A stretch of DNA of 64,000 bases from an uncultured Pseudomonadota bacterium (GCA_963836235.1 CAWIIP010000002.1:1184001-1248000), one strand, 5' to 3'. Positions 18,832 to 28,140 are shown, numbered from the stretch's first letter. The notes: generated by a model from the sequence alone, not told the origin. Translations and numbers: made by a program.

Positions 18832-19198
18832 TCCCCGCCGGGAACAGGCTAAGACCGGAACTGAAGGTAAAAGTTCGGGTCAAGGGGAAAAACCGGGGAG
18901 TGGGATGGGGAATTCCAAGGCAGATAAGGCAAATAGTAAAATTAATTTGACGAAATCAGCCGGTTTTTTTCAGGCCTAATTTATGTTCGATTTTTCGGAC
19001 GCGCTCTTCGAGAGTTGCATTATCAGACATGGAACGCTTTAAAATGGAGTTCATGAGAGTTTGGTAAGGGATTCCCTGTCTTTTGCCTTCCTCGATAAGC
19101 CAATGGTAAACCGACTCATCCAACCGGAAGGTTTTCTGGATCTTGGAACCTTTGGAAGCTAAGAGAGGGCCCTTATGGACCTTCGCTTTAGAAAAATC

Positions 19199-20685
19199 GT
19201 AACTGTTCAGGCCCCTTGCAGAGCAAAAGGAGATATGGCAACATCGTAGAGGATGAACGACACCCCTTCAATACCAACCAACTGTCCGAATTGTGAGCGT
19301 TTGCAGGCTAGGGTGGAAACTCTGGAATCCGAAGTCCAAGAGTTAAAAGCCTTGGTACGGGAGTTGACGGCCCGCTTACAGCAAAACTCTTCCAATTCGT
19401 CCAAACCACCCTCTTGCGATAGTCCTTTTCAAAAATCCCAACAATCGAAGCCCAAGAGTGACCGAAAACCAGGTGGCCAACCGGGACACATGGGATGCAC
19501 CCGAAAGCCGTTTCCCAAGGAAATGGTGACAGATGTACAGATTCACTTGCCCCTGAAATGCGGGGAATGCGGCCATGAACTGGCCAAACGGGCTGGGAAG
19601 AGAGACCCCGAACCTCAAGTGCATCAAGTGGTGGAAATCCCACCGTTCAAGCCGGAGGTGATCGAACACCAAGTCCAGGGCCGGTGTTGTTCTTCCTGCG
19701 GGAAGGTAACCTGGGGAATGCTGCCGGAGGACGTTCGGGGAAGTTTCGGACCTCGGTTAACGGGGTTGATCGCCTTCTTCAGTGGCCGGTGCCAAATGAG
19801 TAAACGGGTGGTTCAGGAGGTTTTGGAAGGGTTGTTAGGAGTGCGGATGGCCCTGGGAAGCTTGAGCGCCAAGGAACGAGAAGTCAGTGAAGCCCTGAGA
19901 GAATCCTGGGTGGAAGCAAAAGAAGCGGTACGGCAGTCGGCGGTGAAGAATGCGGATGAGACGGGATGGTACCTGAGCGGGAAATTGAAATGGCTCTGGG
20001 TTGGCACAACGCCGCGGGTGGCGGTTTTTGAGGTTCAGGAGCACCGGAACCAGGAAGCGATGAAGGAATTGCTGGGTGAGAAGGCGAAAGGGATAGTTGG
20101 GAGCGACCGGTTCGGAGCCTACACACCGATCCCCTTGGAGCAAAGGCAGTTGTGCTGGGCCCATTTCAAGAGGGACTTACAGGGATTGATCGAGTCGGGG
20201 GAAGAGAAAGGCCAAAGGATCGGGAAAGGCTGTCTTCGGACACTGAAGGCGGTGTTTGAGGCGTGGGGGAAATACGAGGATGAGAAGGTGGGCCGAAAGG
20301 GCTTGCGACGAAGACTAGAACCACTAAAGACACGATTAGCCCGATGGTTAAAGCGGGGCCGGGAAGGTCCGGCGGACAGTACCAGCCGCCTTTGTGGGCG
20401 GGTTCTAAAACTCTATGAAGCTTACTGGACCTTCATGAGGGTGGAAGGGGTTGAACCGACGAACAACCTGGCGGAGCGGGACCTTCGGACGGCTGTTTTA
20501 TGGCGCAAGCGCAGCTATGGAAATCGGAGCCGGGAAGGGTGCCGGTTCACGGAACGCGTACTGACGGCAGTACAGACGCTTCGAAAGCAAAAGCGGAATG
20601 TGTTGGATTATCTGGCTGAGGCGGTGCTGGCCCACCGGGCAGGAAGATTGGCGCCCTCGTTAGTGTCCTTGGCCTGAACAGATAC
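19199..20685 (+). mobile_element. IS66-family element (single-ORF, ISBst12-like)
   Basis: TIRs GTAACTGTTCAGGCC / GGCCTGAACAGATAC; 8-bp TSD GAAAAATC at 19191-19198 and 20686-20693. Confidence 0.93.
19253..20677 (+). CDS. IS66 transposase
   Basis: NSSNSSKPPS, KPGGQPGH, zinc finger, ADETGW, QLCWAH, PTNNLAERDLR. Confidence 0.95.
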   Translation: MNDTPSIPTNCPNCERLQARVETLESEVQELKALVRELTARLQQNSSNSSKPPSCDSPFQKSQQSKPKSDRKPGGQPGHMGCTRKPFPKEMVTDVQIHLPLKCGECGHELAKRAGKRDPEPQVHQVVEIPPFKPEVIEHQVQGRCCSSCGKVTWGMLPEDVRGSFGPRLTGLIAFFSGRCQMSKRVVQEVLEGLLGVRMALGSLSAKEREVSEALRESWVEAKEAVRQSAVKNADETGWYLSGKLKWLWVGTTPRVAVFEVQEHRNQEAMKELLGEKAKGIVGSDRFGAYTPIPLEQRQLCWAHFKRDLQGLIESGEEKGQRIGKGCLRTLKAVFEAWGKYEDEKVGRKGLRRRLEPLKTRLARWLKRGREGPADSTSRLCGRVLKLYEAYWTFMRVEGVEPTNNLAERDLRTAVLWRKRSYGNRSREGCRFTERVLTAVQTLRKQKRNVLDYLAEAVLAHRAGRLAPSLVSLA

Positions 20686-20743
20686 GAAAAATCATATTCT
20701 TTTTTCATAGTTTTCCCGTTCCTTTCGCGTGGCTTTTCTGGCC

Positions 20744-21043
20744 TTAGCGTATTTCCGAAATCAATTCTGGATGGGATTTAAGAATGCGGATCAGTTTTGA
20801 CGCGGAACCACTGGGCCGTCGAATGCCCTGTTCCCAATGTTCAACGGCATTAGCACTTGCGCCCACAACTCCCGCAAACCCGGCTTGGGTCAAATGCAAA
20901 GCTTTACGAACGCCTTTCACTTCATCAGCGGTAGCCGGTTTTGGCCGGTAGCTTTCCCGCATCCCGTGAAGTTTCTTGCCTTTTTTGATCTCGATGGATT
21001 GCTTGAGGCTCTTCCGCATCAGCTTGAAGTCTTTATCGTTCAT
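20744..21043 (-). CDS. HigA-like XRE HTH antitoxin
   Basis: RKALHLTQAGFA..VGAS.NAVEHWEQGIRRPSG. Confidence 0.85.
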   Translation of the reverse strand: MNDKDFKLMRKSLKQSIEIKKGKKLHGMRESYRPKPATADEVKGVRKALHLTQAGFAGVVGASANAVEHWEQGIRRPSGSASKLIRILKSHPELISEIR

Positions 21044-21460
21044 TTCTTACCTCCTGTTTTCCCTTTGCCCAAAGCCTGCCGCAAATCTTGGACTAGGATC
21101 TTTTCTTGTCCGGCTGTTAGATCCGGAGCCTTTCGCTTATCGATGATGAAAAAGAGGTAAATGTCATCAGGCTCATCGAAAAAGTACCAAACCCGGTAAC
21201 CACCGCTATTCCCCTGTGGCGAACCCACCAGGTGAGCCACACGACTTGGGTGTGCCCGATCAAAATTTTAAAAAGATCGGGTGCCCTTCGGGCCTCTTGG
21301 TTGAGGCAACGCGCAACTTATGAATGCCACCCCCTAAAAGCTTCCCGCCAGCGGGGTTGTTGTTGATGGCTTCTTCAATCGCGACTTGTAAACCATCCTC
21401 ACGAATGGCGTCGATCAGTTTTGAATAGATAGGCGACTGGATAAAATGGTGTCGTTCCAT
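21040..21460 (-). pseudogene. HigB-2/RelE-like toxin disrupted by a 73-bp insertion
   Basis: Two ORF halves join as ...GIHKLRVASTKRPEG|NSGGYRVWYF... when 21211-21283 is removed; palindrome TCCTACA-T-TGTAGGA upstream (21480-21494). Confidence 0.8.
21211..21283 (-). mobile_element. ~70-bp two-hairpin mini-element (related copies 23342-23410 and 48932-48999)
   Basis: Shared frame: hairpin-GCACACCCA-hairpin-ACAGGGG. Confidence 0.7.
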
Positions 21461-21540
21461 TACCCATCCTTTTAATATATCCTACATTGTAGGACTTTTT
21501 GGAAAACAGTCAAGATTCACTTAAACCGGCTGATAAAGGT

Positions 21541-21568
21541 TGTCCACGACGGAGCCCCGACGCAGACA
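21541..21568. repeat. Degenerate 28-bp site downstream of the ParB-like gene
   Basis: TGTCCACGACGGA-GC-CCCGACGCAGACA. Confidence 0.8.
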
Positions 21569-21628
21569 ATGTTCCAATCCATCAACCATTTTCCATCCAT
21601 CCTTAGGCCCGCGCCACAAGGATAACCC

Positions 21629-23299
21629 CTAAAACCCCAGCAGGCTCTTCACCCTATCAGTAGCCGATTTCGCCTGGTCGGCCGTGTTGACCGCGCTTTG
21701 ATAACCCTTCACTCCGGCACCTATTTGGGCTAACACGTCTCCCCCTTTTGCGGGGGTGGGGTTACCCGAAGAGTTGGGCGCTTGCTTGGTCTGTACCGAG
21801 CCCGTTTGTGTGGCTCCGGTTCCTCCGCCACTCTGGCTCGGCACAACCAAGGCTTGTCCCCCGGCTTGAGGGCCGGGGGACAGGTGACCCGAAACAACCT
21901 GGCTTGCCGGGGCTGAGTTGGAAACAATCCTCCCTATTCCCCCTTGGCCTTGAAAGGTCGGGCGGGTGGCGGATGGGCTCAACCAGGAGTATAAGATCCC
22001 AGTCCAAAATCTATTCATCAACCGGCCCGTGAGATTGATGAGGGTGCTTCCCACGAACAGAAAAAGAACAAGGGTGAGCAATGTCGCCAAAGTGGGGTTC
22101 TTGATGCCCAACCCCGCGAAGAGGCCCCGGGCCCGGTGGAAAAGCCGGGTCAACCCGGGTAAAAGCCGGTTCATCAATGGGGAAGGTATATGAAGCTTCT
22201 TCCCCAATTCGTGGCCCGCGATAGTGGTTGCGACCTGGGAATGGAGGTCCGGCTTCGCCGAGTTAGAAGTGAGGAGTTGGGAGTTAGGAGTTGAACCGGC
22301 TTTAGCCCCTTTACCACCGCCCGTCTCCCCAACCGCCTTCACAGGAGAAACACCCCTCACCCTACCCTCTCCCGCAAGGGGCGAGGGGTTTACCACCGAG
22401 CCCCCTTTTGTGGCTCCGGTACCTACGCCACTCTGGCTCGGCGCAACCACCCGTTGTCCGCTATCGCGGCCAAGGGCGATAGAACCCATCGAAGCTTGTC
22501 CCCCGACTTGAGGGTCCGGGGACAGGTGGGCTTGTCCAAAGGCTTCCGGGGGGTTGCCGGCCGAAACCCACTTCACCAGCGCCTTCACCTGGGGGCCACT
22601 CATTTCACGGGACAGGATGACCGGTAGGGTCTTCTCCACCAGGGCCTGAGCCTCCTGGAGGGTCCGCTTATTCCAGAGGCTGGCCAGCGGAAACGCGACT
22701 TTCTCTAAAAGACCCCATTTTTCCTCATTTTTCGATGGGCCTTTTTTCAGGGGTTTTTCAACATTCCGGAACGGTTCCGGATTGCCATTATTCCCCTTAT
22801 TTTTAGATGGGTCTTCCAGCAAACTTTCCCGGATCAAACTCCGGGAGGCGGGGTTAAGAACCGCTAGCAGGCTTCGCGCCCGCCGAACCCAGGTGCTATC
22901 CACTCCCTCAAGGGCCCCAATCGCCTCATCGGTCAGCCTCGAACCCGGCGCGAAATAATTTTCCCAACTCTCGTACTCTTCCAGCCAATTCAGGGCCTCA
23001 CTCCGGTTGGACGTACGGGCCAGCCGTTTGGCCTCTTCCAGGCTGACGTGGAAAATCTCGGCTTCAATCAGGGGTATCCCCAGCTGCCGGTAAACCGTCA
23101 AGCGCCTCTGGCCCGCGATGACGGACTTTCCATCCCCTCCCCAAACCCAAATCCGGGGGATGGTGCCCCCCGCCTCCACGTGGGCTTTCAGGGCGGCCAA
23201 ACCCGGCACGGACATGGTCTTGCGGGGGTTCCAATCGGGCACCTCCAACCCATCCGTAGGCAAAAAGCGGATATTGGCAGGCTTGGGTTCTTGATCCAT
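21629..23299 (-). CDS. ParB/Srx-domain protein with HTH, long disordered linker and TM helix
   Basis: WNPRK, IAGQRRL (ParB box), TSNR, HTH LTDEAIGALEGVDSTWVRR; TM LATLLTLVLFLFVG; start MDQEP with GGGAGA RBS. Confidence 0.8.
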   Translation of the reverse strand: MDQEPKPANIRFLPTDGLEVPDWNPRKTMSVPGLAALKAHVEAGGTIPRIWVWGGDGKSVIAGQRRLTVYRQLGIPLIEAEIFHVSLEEAKRLARTSNRSEALNWLEEYESWENYFAPGSRLTDEAIGALEGVDSTWVRRARSLLAVLNPASRSLIRESLLEDPSKNKGNNGNPEPFRNVEKPLKKGPSKNEEKWGLLEKVAFPLASLWNKRTLQEAQALVEKTLPVILSREMSGPQVKALVKWVSAGNPPEAFGQAHLSPDPQVGGQASMGSIALGRDSGQRVVAPSQSGVGTGATKGGSVVNPSPLAGEGRVRGVSPVKAVGETGGGKGAKAGSTPNSQLLTSNSAKPDLHSQVATTIAGHELGKKLHIPSPLMNRLLPGLTRLFHRARGLFAGLGIKNPTLATLLTLVLFLFVGSTLINLTGRLMNRFWTGILYSWLSPSATRPTFQGQGGIGRIVSNSAPASQVVSGHLSPGPQAGGQALVVPSQSGGGTGATQTGSVQTKQAPNSSGNPTPAKGGDVLAQIGAGVKGYQSAVNTADQAKSATDRVKSLLGF

Positions 23300-23603
23300 A
23301 GAGTTCTCCCTTAAATAATTTAAATTGCGGTCATTGCGAGGCCCCTGTGCTGAACCCACCGGGTGAAGCACATGCCTTGGGTGTGCTGATGCCCAAACAG
23401 GCATCAGCTCTAGGCCATGCGAATAGCAGGGCGTTTACGCCGCGGCAACCTCGGGTTAGAACGGCATATGGGAGAAAACTACCGAATTCTTTTTTGGATT
23501 TCCAGCGTTCTTTTGAAAAAAGGGGTTTGGGGGGAGGGAAAAGGGCCGGAAGTGGACAGTCTTTGGGCAGGTTTTAACCTAGTTTTAGGACTTAAATTAC
23601 AAA

Positions 23604-24419
23604 CTACAGGTCAAAGCCTTTTTTGCGCCTCAATTCGGCTAAACCTTCCAAGGTTTTTTGGGAACCAGGATAATTTCCCACTCTGACTACAGGGATCGAT
23701 AGCACCCCATTGGATTTGAGTCGCAAGCGCAAATAAGGTTCAGGAATTTGATGGCTTTGAACTCCAACATTAAACCGATAACCCCCTGCCGCAAAAGAAG
23801 CCAAGTTTGTTCCCCCTGGCCCTTTCCCCCTACCAGGGAGATGAACAAATTCGCTAAATATGTCTTTCGGATCAACTCGCAGAATAAATATCGGATAAAT
23901 ATTGTCGTCAAGTTGTAGAACATCCTTATAAACATTTTTCATTCTTTCAAAATGCTTCTCTCCAAGGAGTCCAGTTCCCTCATCCGTCTTGGCCATATAC
24001 CCTCTCATCACAACGCCAAGAACAAATTTTTGAAGTTTCTTAAAATTTACCCCTTCTAAAACAAAACATTTTCGATAAGTCCATTCAGTATCCGGAATCA
24101 ACGTCTCTTTCGCATCCGCTACATTGGGAATGGTTGACTTAGGATTTTTAAAGCCAAAAACCTTACTTGCGTAACGATCATCATCAGAAAAAGTTTCTTC
24201 ACAATCTCGACAGATGAAAGATTTTTTTGTTCCACTTTGGACTGGTTTTGCTTCCTCCTTACGTAAATCGACACTTGCGTATTTACCTTGTTTCCCATAG
24301 GTGAGTTTGAAGAGCCATTCTGGAACCACATGGCTATTGGGGTGAAATTTTTCAACGACTTTTTCGCAAAATGGACATTTCATCGTTTTAAGCTTTGGTA
24401 TCGTCGAAGGGCATGGCAA
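23604..24419 (-). CDS. HNH-like endonuclease domain protein
   Basis: CPFC...NSHVVPEW...FICRDCE. Confidence 0.6.
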   Translation of the reverse strand: MPCPSTIPKLKTMKCPFCEKVVEKFHPNSHVVPEWLFKLTYGKQGKYASVDLRKEEAKPVQSGTKKSFICRDCEETFSDDDRYASKVFGFKNPKSTIPNVADAKETLIPDTEWTYRKCFVLEGVNFKKLQKFVLGVVMRGYMAKTDEGTGLLGEKHFERMKNVYKDVLQLDDNIYPIFILRVDPKDIFSEFVHLPGRGKGPGGTNLASFAAGGYRFNVGVQSHQIPEPYLRLRLKSNGVLSIPVVRVGNYPGSQKTLEGLAELRRKKGFDL

Positions 24420-24789
24420 CTACCTGAAATTCGTCCTCATAAACAATATACCCAACTCTTTTTTCCCGAATCATTCGAACTGTTATTCCATGATTCTTTA
24501 AAAGCTCGGCCAATTCTCTCATTTTCGAAATGTGCTCTTTAGCACTGTCTTTGAACCAACTAAGTGCTTTTTCCTTGGCATTTGGATTTCTAGAACGAGT
24601 GAATTTGGTAGGTGTTTTTAAGTTTTTTCCAAACCATTGGGTCAGAGCAGTAAATTGTCCTTGTTCTATATAACTTAATTTTTGATCGTCACTCAATTTA
24701 TAACCGGTAGCAAACAATCCTTGAAGACGATTAGAGTCTTCCACCTTTTCATTAACGACAAATCTCAAGTACATATAACCAACCTTCAT
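24388..24789 (-). CDS. Conserved hypothetical protein
   Basis: YLRFVV...WF..NL..P...SWFK...GYIVYEDEFQVVA.P. Confidence 0.7.
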   Translation of the reverse strand: MKVGYMYLRFVVNEKVEDSNRLQGLFATGYKLSDDQKLSYIEQGQFTALTQWFGKNLKTPTKFTRSRNPNAKEKALSWFKDSAKEHISKMRELAELLKNHGITVRMIREKRVGYIVYEDEFQVVAMPFDDTKA

Positions 24790-25558
24790 TTCACCCTGAG
24801 TTAAAAATGTACACGCCTGTCCACTTTGTTCTCGGTGTCTTCAATAATCTAATGGGAAAGACTTAGAACGAATGGAACTTATTTTCAATGAATGCCAGTA
24901 ACGCGGACATAATTTTATAAACAATTCCTGCCGTAACAAAAGCAAGATATCCACCAAGTTTTGATGCGTAACTTGTTTTGAATAATTTTAATGAGTTGGC
25001 CGCTTTCATAACTAGAAACATACACTTTTGATTTCAAAAGCCAAGTGAGTATTTTTTAAAAATATAATATTTTAGTCTTATTCACAAACCATCCACAAAA
25101 TAATTTCACTTGTTCACAATCGAAGTATTAAAAACAATTATTATTTGTATAACTTCCTGATGAAAGGCACTAAAGCGGCACAGTTTAACGTTGGTGTTTA
25201 AAACATTGCGGTGAAAATCGCTGGCATTGTGCGATGCCATAGCAAAGTTGGTGGGTAGTTATTATCTAAGTGGATAGCAAGGCACTAACTAACGAGTTAT
25301 TCAACGGCCTTTATTCTTCTTCATATTGCTTGGAGTAGCTTCGGGCGGTCTAAAAAATACTTCTAATCTTAAATAACCAGCTGTCGAGCCATTTCAGAAA
25401 TGATTCCATTGCCTCACCGGAAATGAAGTTGAATTCATATTTCCTATGATCATTATGAATATTAATTTGTTTGGCATGAACAGATTGAAAGAATAAAGGG
25501 TCAGGCTGGGGTTCCCTTTCTTGTGCTCCAAATGGTTTCCCTTAGTTTAATGCCCTAT

Positions 25559-26272
25559 TCAAAACCTGACGCTCTCGTTTCTGGAAGCTCCCCGATTGGC
25601 CGGACCGTCGGTTAGGTCCTTCCCCTTTTCTTGGCCTGCCGCTGACGCAGATCCCGGCGGGTGCGCAAGGAATAAAGGGGTTTTCCAGCGCCGCTCGACC
25701 GTCGAGATGAGCAACGGGTAAATGATCGCGTGCCGGGCGGGCCAAATGGCCGCCATGTACAGGCGGGTCAAGACGCCCCGTGACTTGATATACACGGCCA
25801 GCTCGGACGCGGAACCCGGCGCGCAGCTGACGTGCATCAGCGCGTGCACGGTGTCGTTCGAGAGTTCCCACAGGGCCTCCTGGTCGAACCGGTACACCGG
25901 TCTTACCTTCGCGGCGGGTAACGGCGACGGCTCGTCGGGCCCGAAGCGGTTGCTCGCCCGGTCTGAGGCGTTGAGGCGCTCGGCGACGAAGCGTTCGGCG
26001 CACCCGGGAATGGGTTTGCTGTCCGGCGTTGAGTCCCATCCCATCGCCCGGCCGATCGCGACCCGCATCCGGAATAGGGGCGTACGCTCGACCGAGCGAA
26101 GCGCCTGCCAGAAGACCTCGAGGAAGGCGTCGAAGCCGCGGACCTGATCAAGCCGCACCTCGAAGCGCCATACGTCGATCAGCTCGAAATCCGCGGCAAG
26201 GCTGTGCACGCGCCACGGGTGGGCGAAGTGCGCCTGCTGGTTGAGCTTCATGCGCGGCTCCTTGACGGCCAA
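25559..26272 (-). CDS. DUF2867-like protein (GC-rich) whose C-terminus runs into a duplicated segment
   Basis: DF.L.DVW, LFRMR..IGR.MGWD, LYMAAIWPARHAIIYP. Confidence 0.7.
   Translation of the reverse strand: MAVKEPRMKLNQQAHFAHPWRVHSLAADFELIDVWRFEVRLDQVRGFDAFLEVFWQALRSVERTPLFRMRVAIGRAMGWDSTPDSKPIPGCAERFVAERLNASDRASNRFGPDEPSPLPAAKVRPVYRFDQEALWELSNDTVHALMHVSCAPGSASELAVYIKSRGVLTRLYMAAIWPARHAIIYPLLISTVERRWKTPLFLAHPPGSASAAGQEKGKDLTDGPANRGASRNESVRF
25585..25667. repeat. 83-bp direct repeat of 27541-27623
   Basis: AAGCTCCCC...GGTTAGG.CCTTCCCCTTTTCTTGGCCTG...GTGCGCA present in both. Confidence 0.9.
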
Positions 26273-26277
26273 TCATT

Positions 26278-27495
26278 CTACTTTGGTTGGATGGAGTACC
26301 ATGAAATACCCAAAGCCCCAGGATGCCAGTTGATCGTGACCGGATCCCCAACCTGGTATTGGGAGTAGGTCTTCTTACCAACCACGTATGACTTCCTATC
26401 CGTAACAGGCCCCCATGGGCTCAAGACGAACCAAAAGGAAGTATATTTACCATGGGTAATATCCTTGCCCAACAAAGTGGTTGGATAAGGAGTCGAGTCA
26501 GCAAAGTCCCAACAAGAGTTCAAATTGAGAGTGCCGGAAAAAGCGCAAATCCAGCAAAACATGAAGGAAAGAAACAAATTACTGAAGGAATTTCTCGCCT
26601 CCTGAACTCCGCACCACAAAACACCCGCAAGGACAAAGGCATAGAGAAAGTTAATAATCCAAAAAACCGTCCAGCCTAAAATTCTATCGATGAAAGCCCC
26701 GGATAAAAAAACAGGGAAAATGGAAAGAACGAACAAGGCGAAGGCAATGCTTGGAAAGGGGTTGCTCATTTTCGCAAAAGCCGTCACCTTGCCTTGATAA
26801 GTCCACAAGACGTAAATGCAGGAAAGGGGTAAAAGAGAAAGAAGCGTCGAGGAAACGACGCGGTGTCCTGGATCGATCAAAGCTTCGAATAAGATCGCCA
26901 TGGTGAATACGAAAATAGCCAAATTGAACAAAAGCGTGAAGTTTTTTATTTTCCAAAAGTTGGCCTTTCTCTCTTCCGTAGTGGACCCAAAGCTCGAATT
27001 GGAATCGATGAGGTCACTCTCCTGTTTTCTCTTTAAACCCATGACACTCCCATAAGTGGCTTGGGCCAAACCCTTCAGTTCATCCCCCTCGATCAGACCG
27101 GTTTGGATCGTGAGTAGGGTTTTCTCGTTTTTTGACATAAAACGCAGGGTACCCCGGTCCATCAAACAAATTTCCAAGTCGGTAACCGATATGGATTTTG
27201 TCCTGAAAAAACCCACTACTTTCACAAGGGGCCCGTCCCAAGTCACGCAATAACAAAAGGCTCCCCTGATCAAAAAAACACTGGTCACCCACAGGGGCAA
27301 AGCGATCAAGCCAAAGATGAGAAAGTTGGAATCGCAAGAACCCGCCACAGAGAAAAAAGGGTACATCGCGAAAAAGGCGCTGAGTAAGGCGAGGAACACA
27401 CCAAATCCGATCCATCCGATGCGGGTGGATGGGGTGAAACGGTAGGTTTTGAGTTCCCTATTTTTTCTGGGATCTTCTGGATTAAAGGTCGACAA
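26278..27495 (-). CDS. Hypothetical multi-TM membrane protein
   Basis: About 7 TM helices, bacterial PH-like segment, C-terminal GALGISW. Confidence 0.7.
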   Translation of the reverse strand: MSTFNPEDPRKNRELKTYRFTPSTRIGWIGFGVFLALLSAFFAMYPFFSVAGSCDSNFLIFGLIALPLWVTSVFLIRGAFCYCVTWDGPLVKVVGFFRTKSISVTDLEICLMDRGTLRFMSKNEKTLLTIQTGLIEGDELKGLAQATYGSVMGLKRKQESDLIDSNSSFGSTTEERKANFWKIKNFTLLFNLAIFVFTMAILFEALIDPGHRVVSSTLLSLLPLSCIYVLWTYQGKVTAFAKMSNPFPSIAFALFVLSIFPVFLSGAFIDRILGWTVFWIINFLYAFVLAGVLWCGVQEARNSFSNLFLSFMFCWICAFSGTLNLNSCWDFADSTPYPTTLLGKDITHGKYTSFWFVLSPWGPVTDRKSYVVGKKTYSQYQVGDPVTINWHPGALGISWYSIQPK

Positions 27496-27567
27496 AAAAA
27501 CACCTCCTTGCTATTTAAAACCCGATATCTAACCTTCTTAAAGCTCCCCACTTGGCCGGACTATCGG

Positions 27568-28140
27568 TTAGGCCCTTCCCCTTTTCTTGGCCTGTCGCTT
27601 ACGCAGATCCCGGCGCGTGCGCACGATGGCGAACCACAGAATGAGCTCCCAAGCGCTATAAATACTGTTTAACAGGATGATGAGGGTCGAAACCGCGAGC
27701 ACGCCGAAGGGCGTATGTCCCATCCAAAAGGCGGCGCCGCAGCCCGTGAACCCGAGATACACCGCCAACGGCACGATGAAGCCGGACAGCCAATCCGCCA
27801 TCCCCAAATCGTTGAATTGGCGTTGGGCGGTGCTCAAACCCCGGTGGACCCCGGCGAGAACCATCAGGCTCAACAGGCCGACACCCGTCAAAAGACCGCC
27901 GAAAAGGGCGGTCTGCATCCCGGGCATGAGCGCTATGCCCGCGATGACGACTACCTGGACGAAATGGAGGATGGTGGGGTCGAGAAAAGCGCGCGCGATC
28001 GGCATGTTTTTTTCGTCGATGAGGTGCGCGCCGAAGGTGACGGCCACGAACATCAAGCCGATCAGCGTGAAGGCGCCGGTACCCACGAGCAGGTAAAAAT
28101 CGTGCCAGGACGTGAGGATCGTTTCAAAAGACGGGGTCAT
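27568..28140 (-). CDS. Hypothetical membrane protein
   Basis: WHDFYLLVGT.A.TLIGLMFVA motif, 5 TM helices. Confidence 0.75.
   Translation of the reverse strand: MTPSFETILTSWHDFYLLVGTGAFTLIGLMFVAVTFGAHLIDEKNMPIARAFLDPTILHFVQVVVIAGIALMPGMQTALFGGLLTGVGLLSLMVLAGVHRGLSTAQRQFNDLGMADWLSGFIVPLAVYLGFTGCGAAFWMGHTPFGVLAVSTLIILLNSIYSAWELILWFAIVRTRRDLRKRQAKKRGRA

Larger units (their letters stand above)
18956..20708 (-). pseudogene. BrnA-family antitoxin interrupted by IS66
   Basis: Removing the IS and one TSD gives MKKEYDFSKAKVHKGP...KTFRLDESVYHWL...GIPYQTLMNSILK...KKTG*. Confidence 0.85.

Noticed and set aside
23300-23404. N-terminal extension of the ParB-like ORF
   Set aside because: It runs through the mini-element and a REP fragment; there is a better RBS and ATG at 23299.
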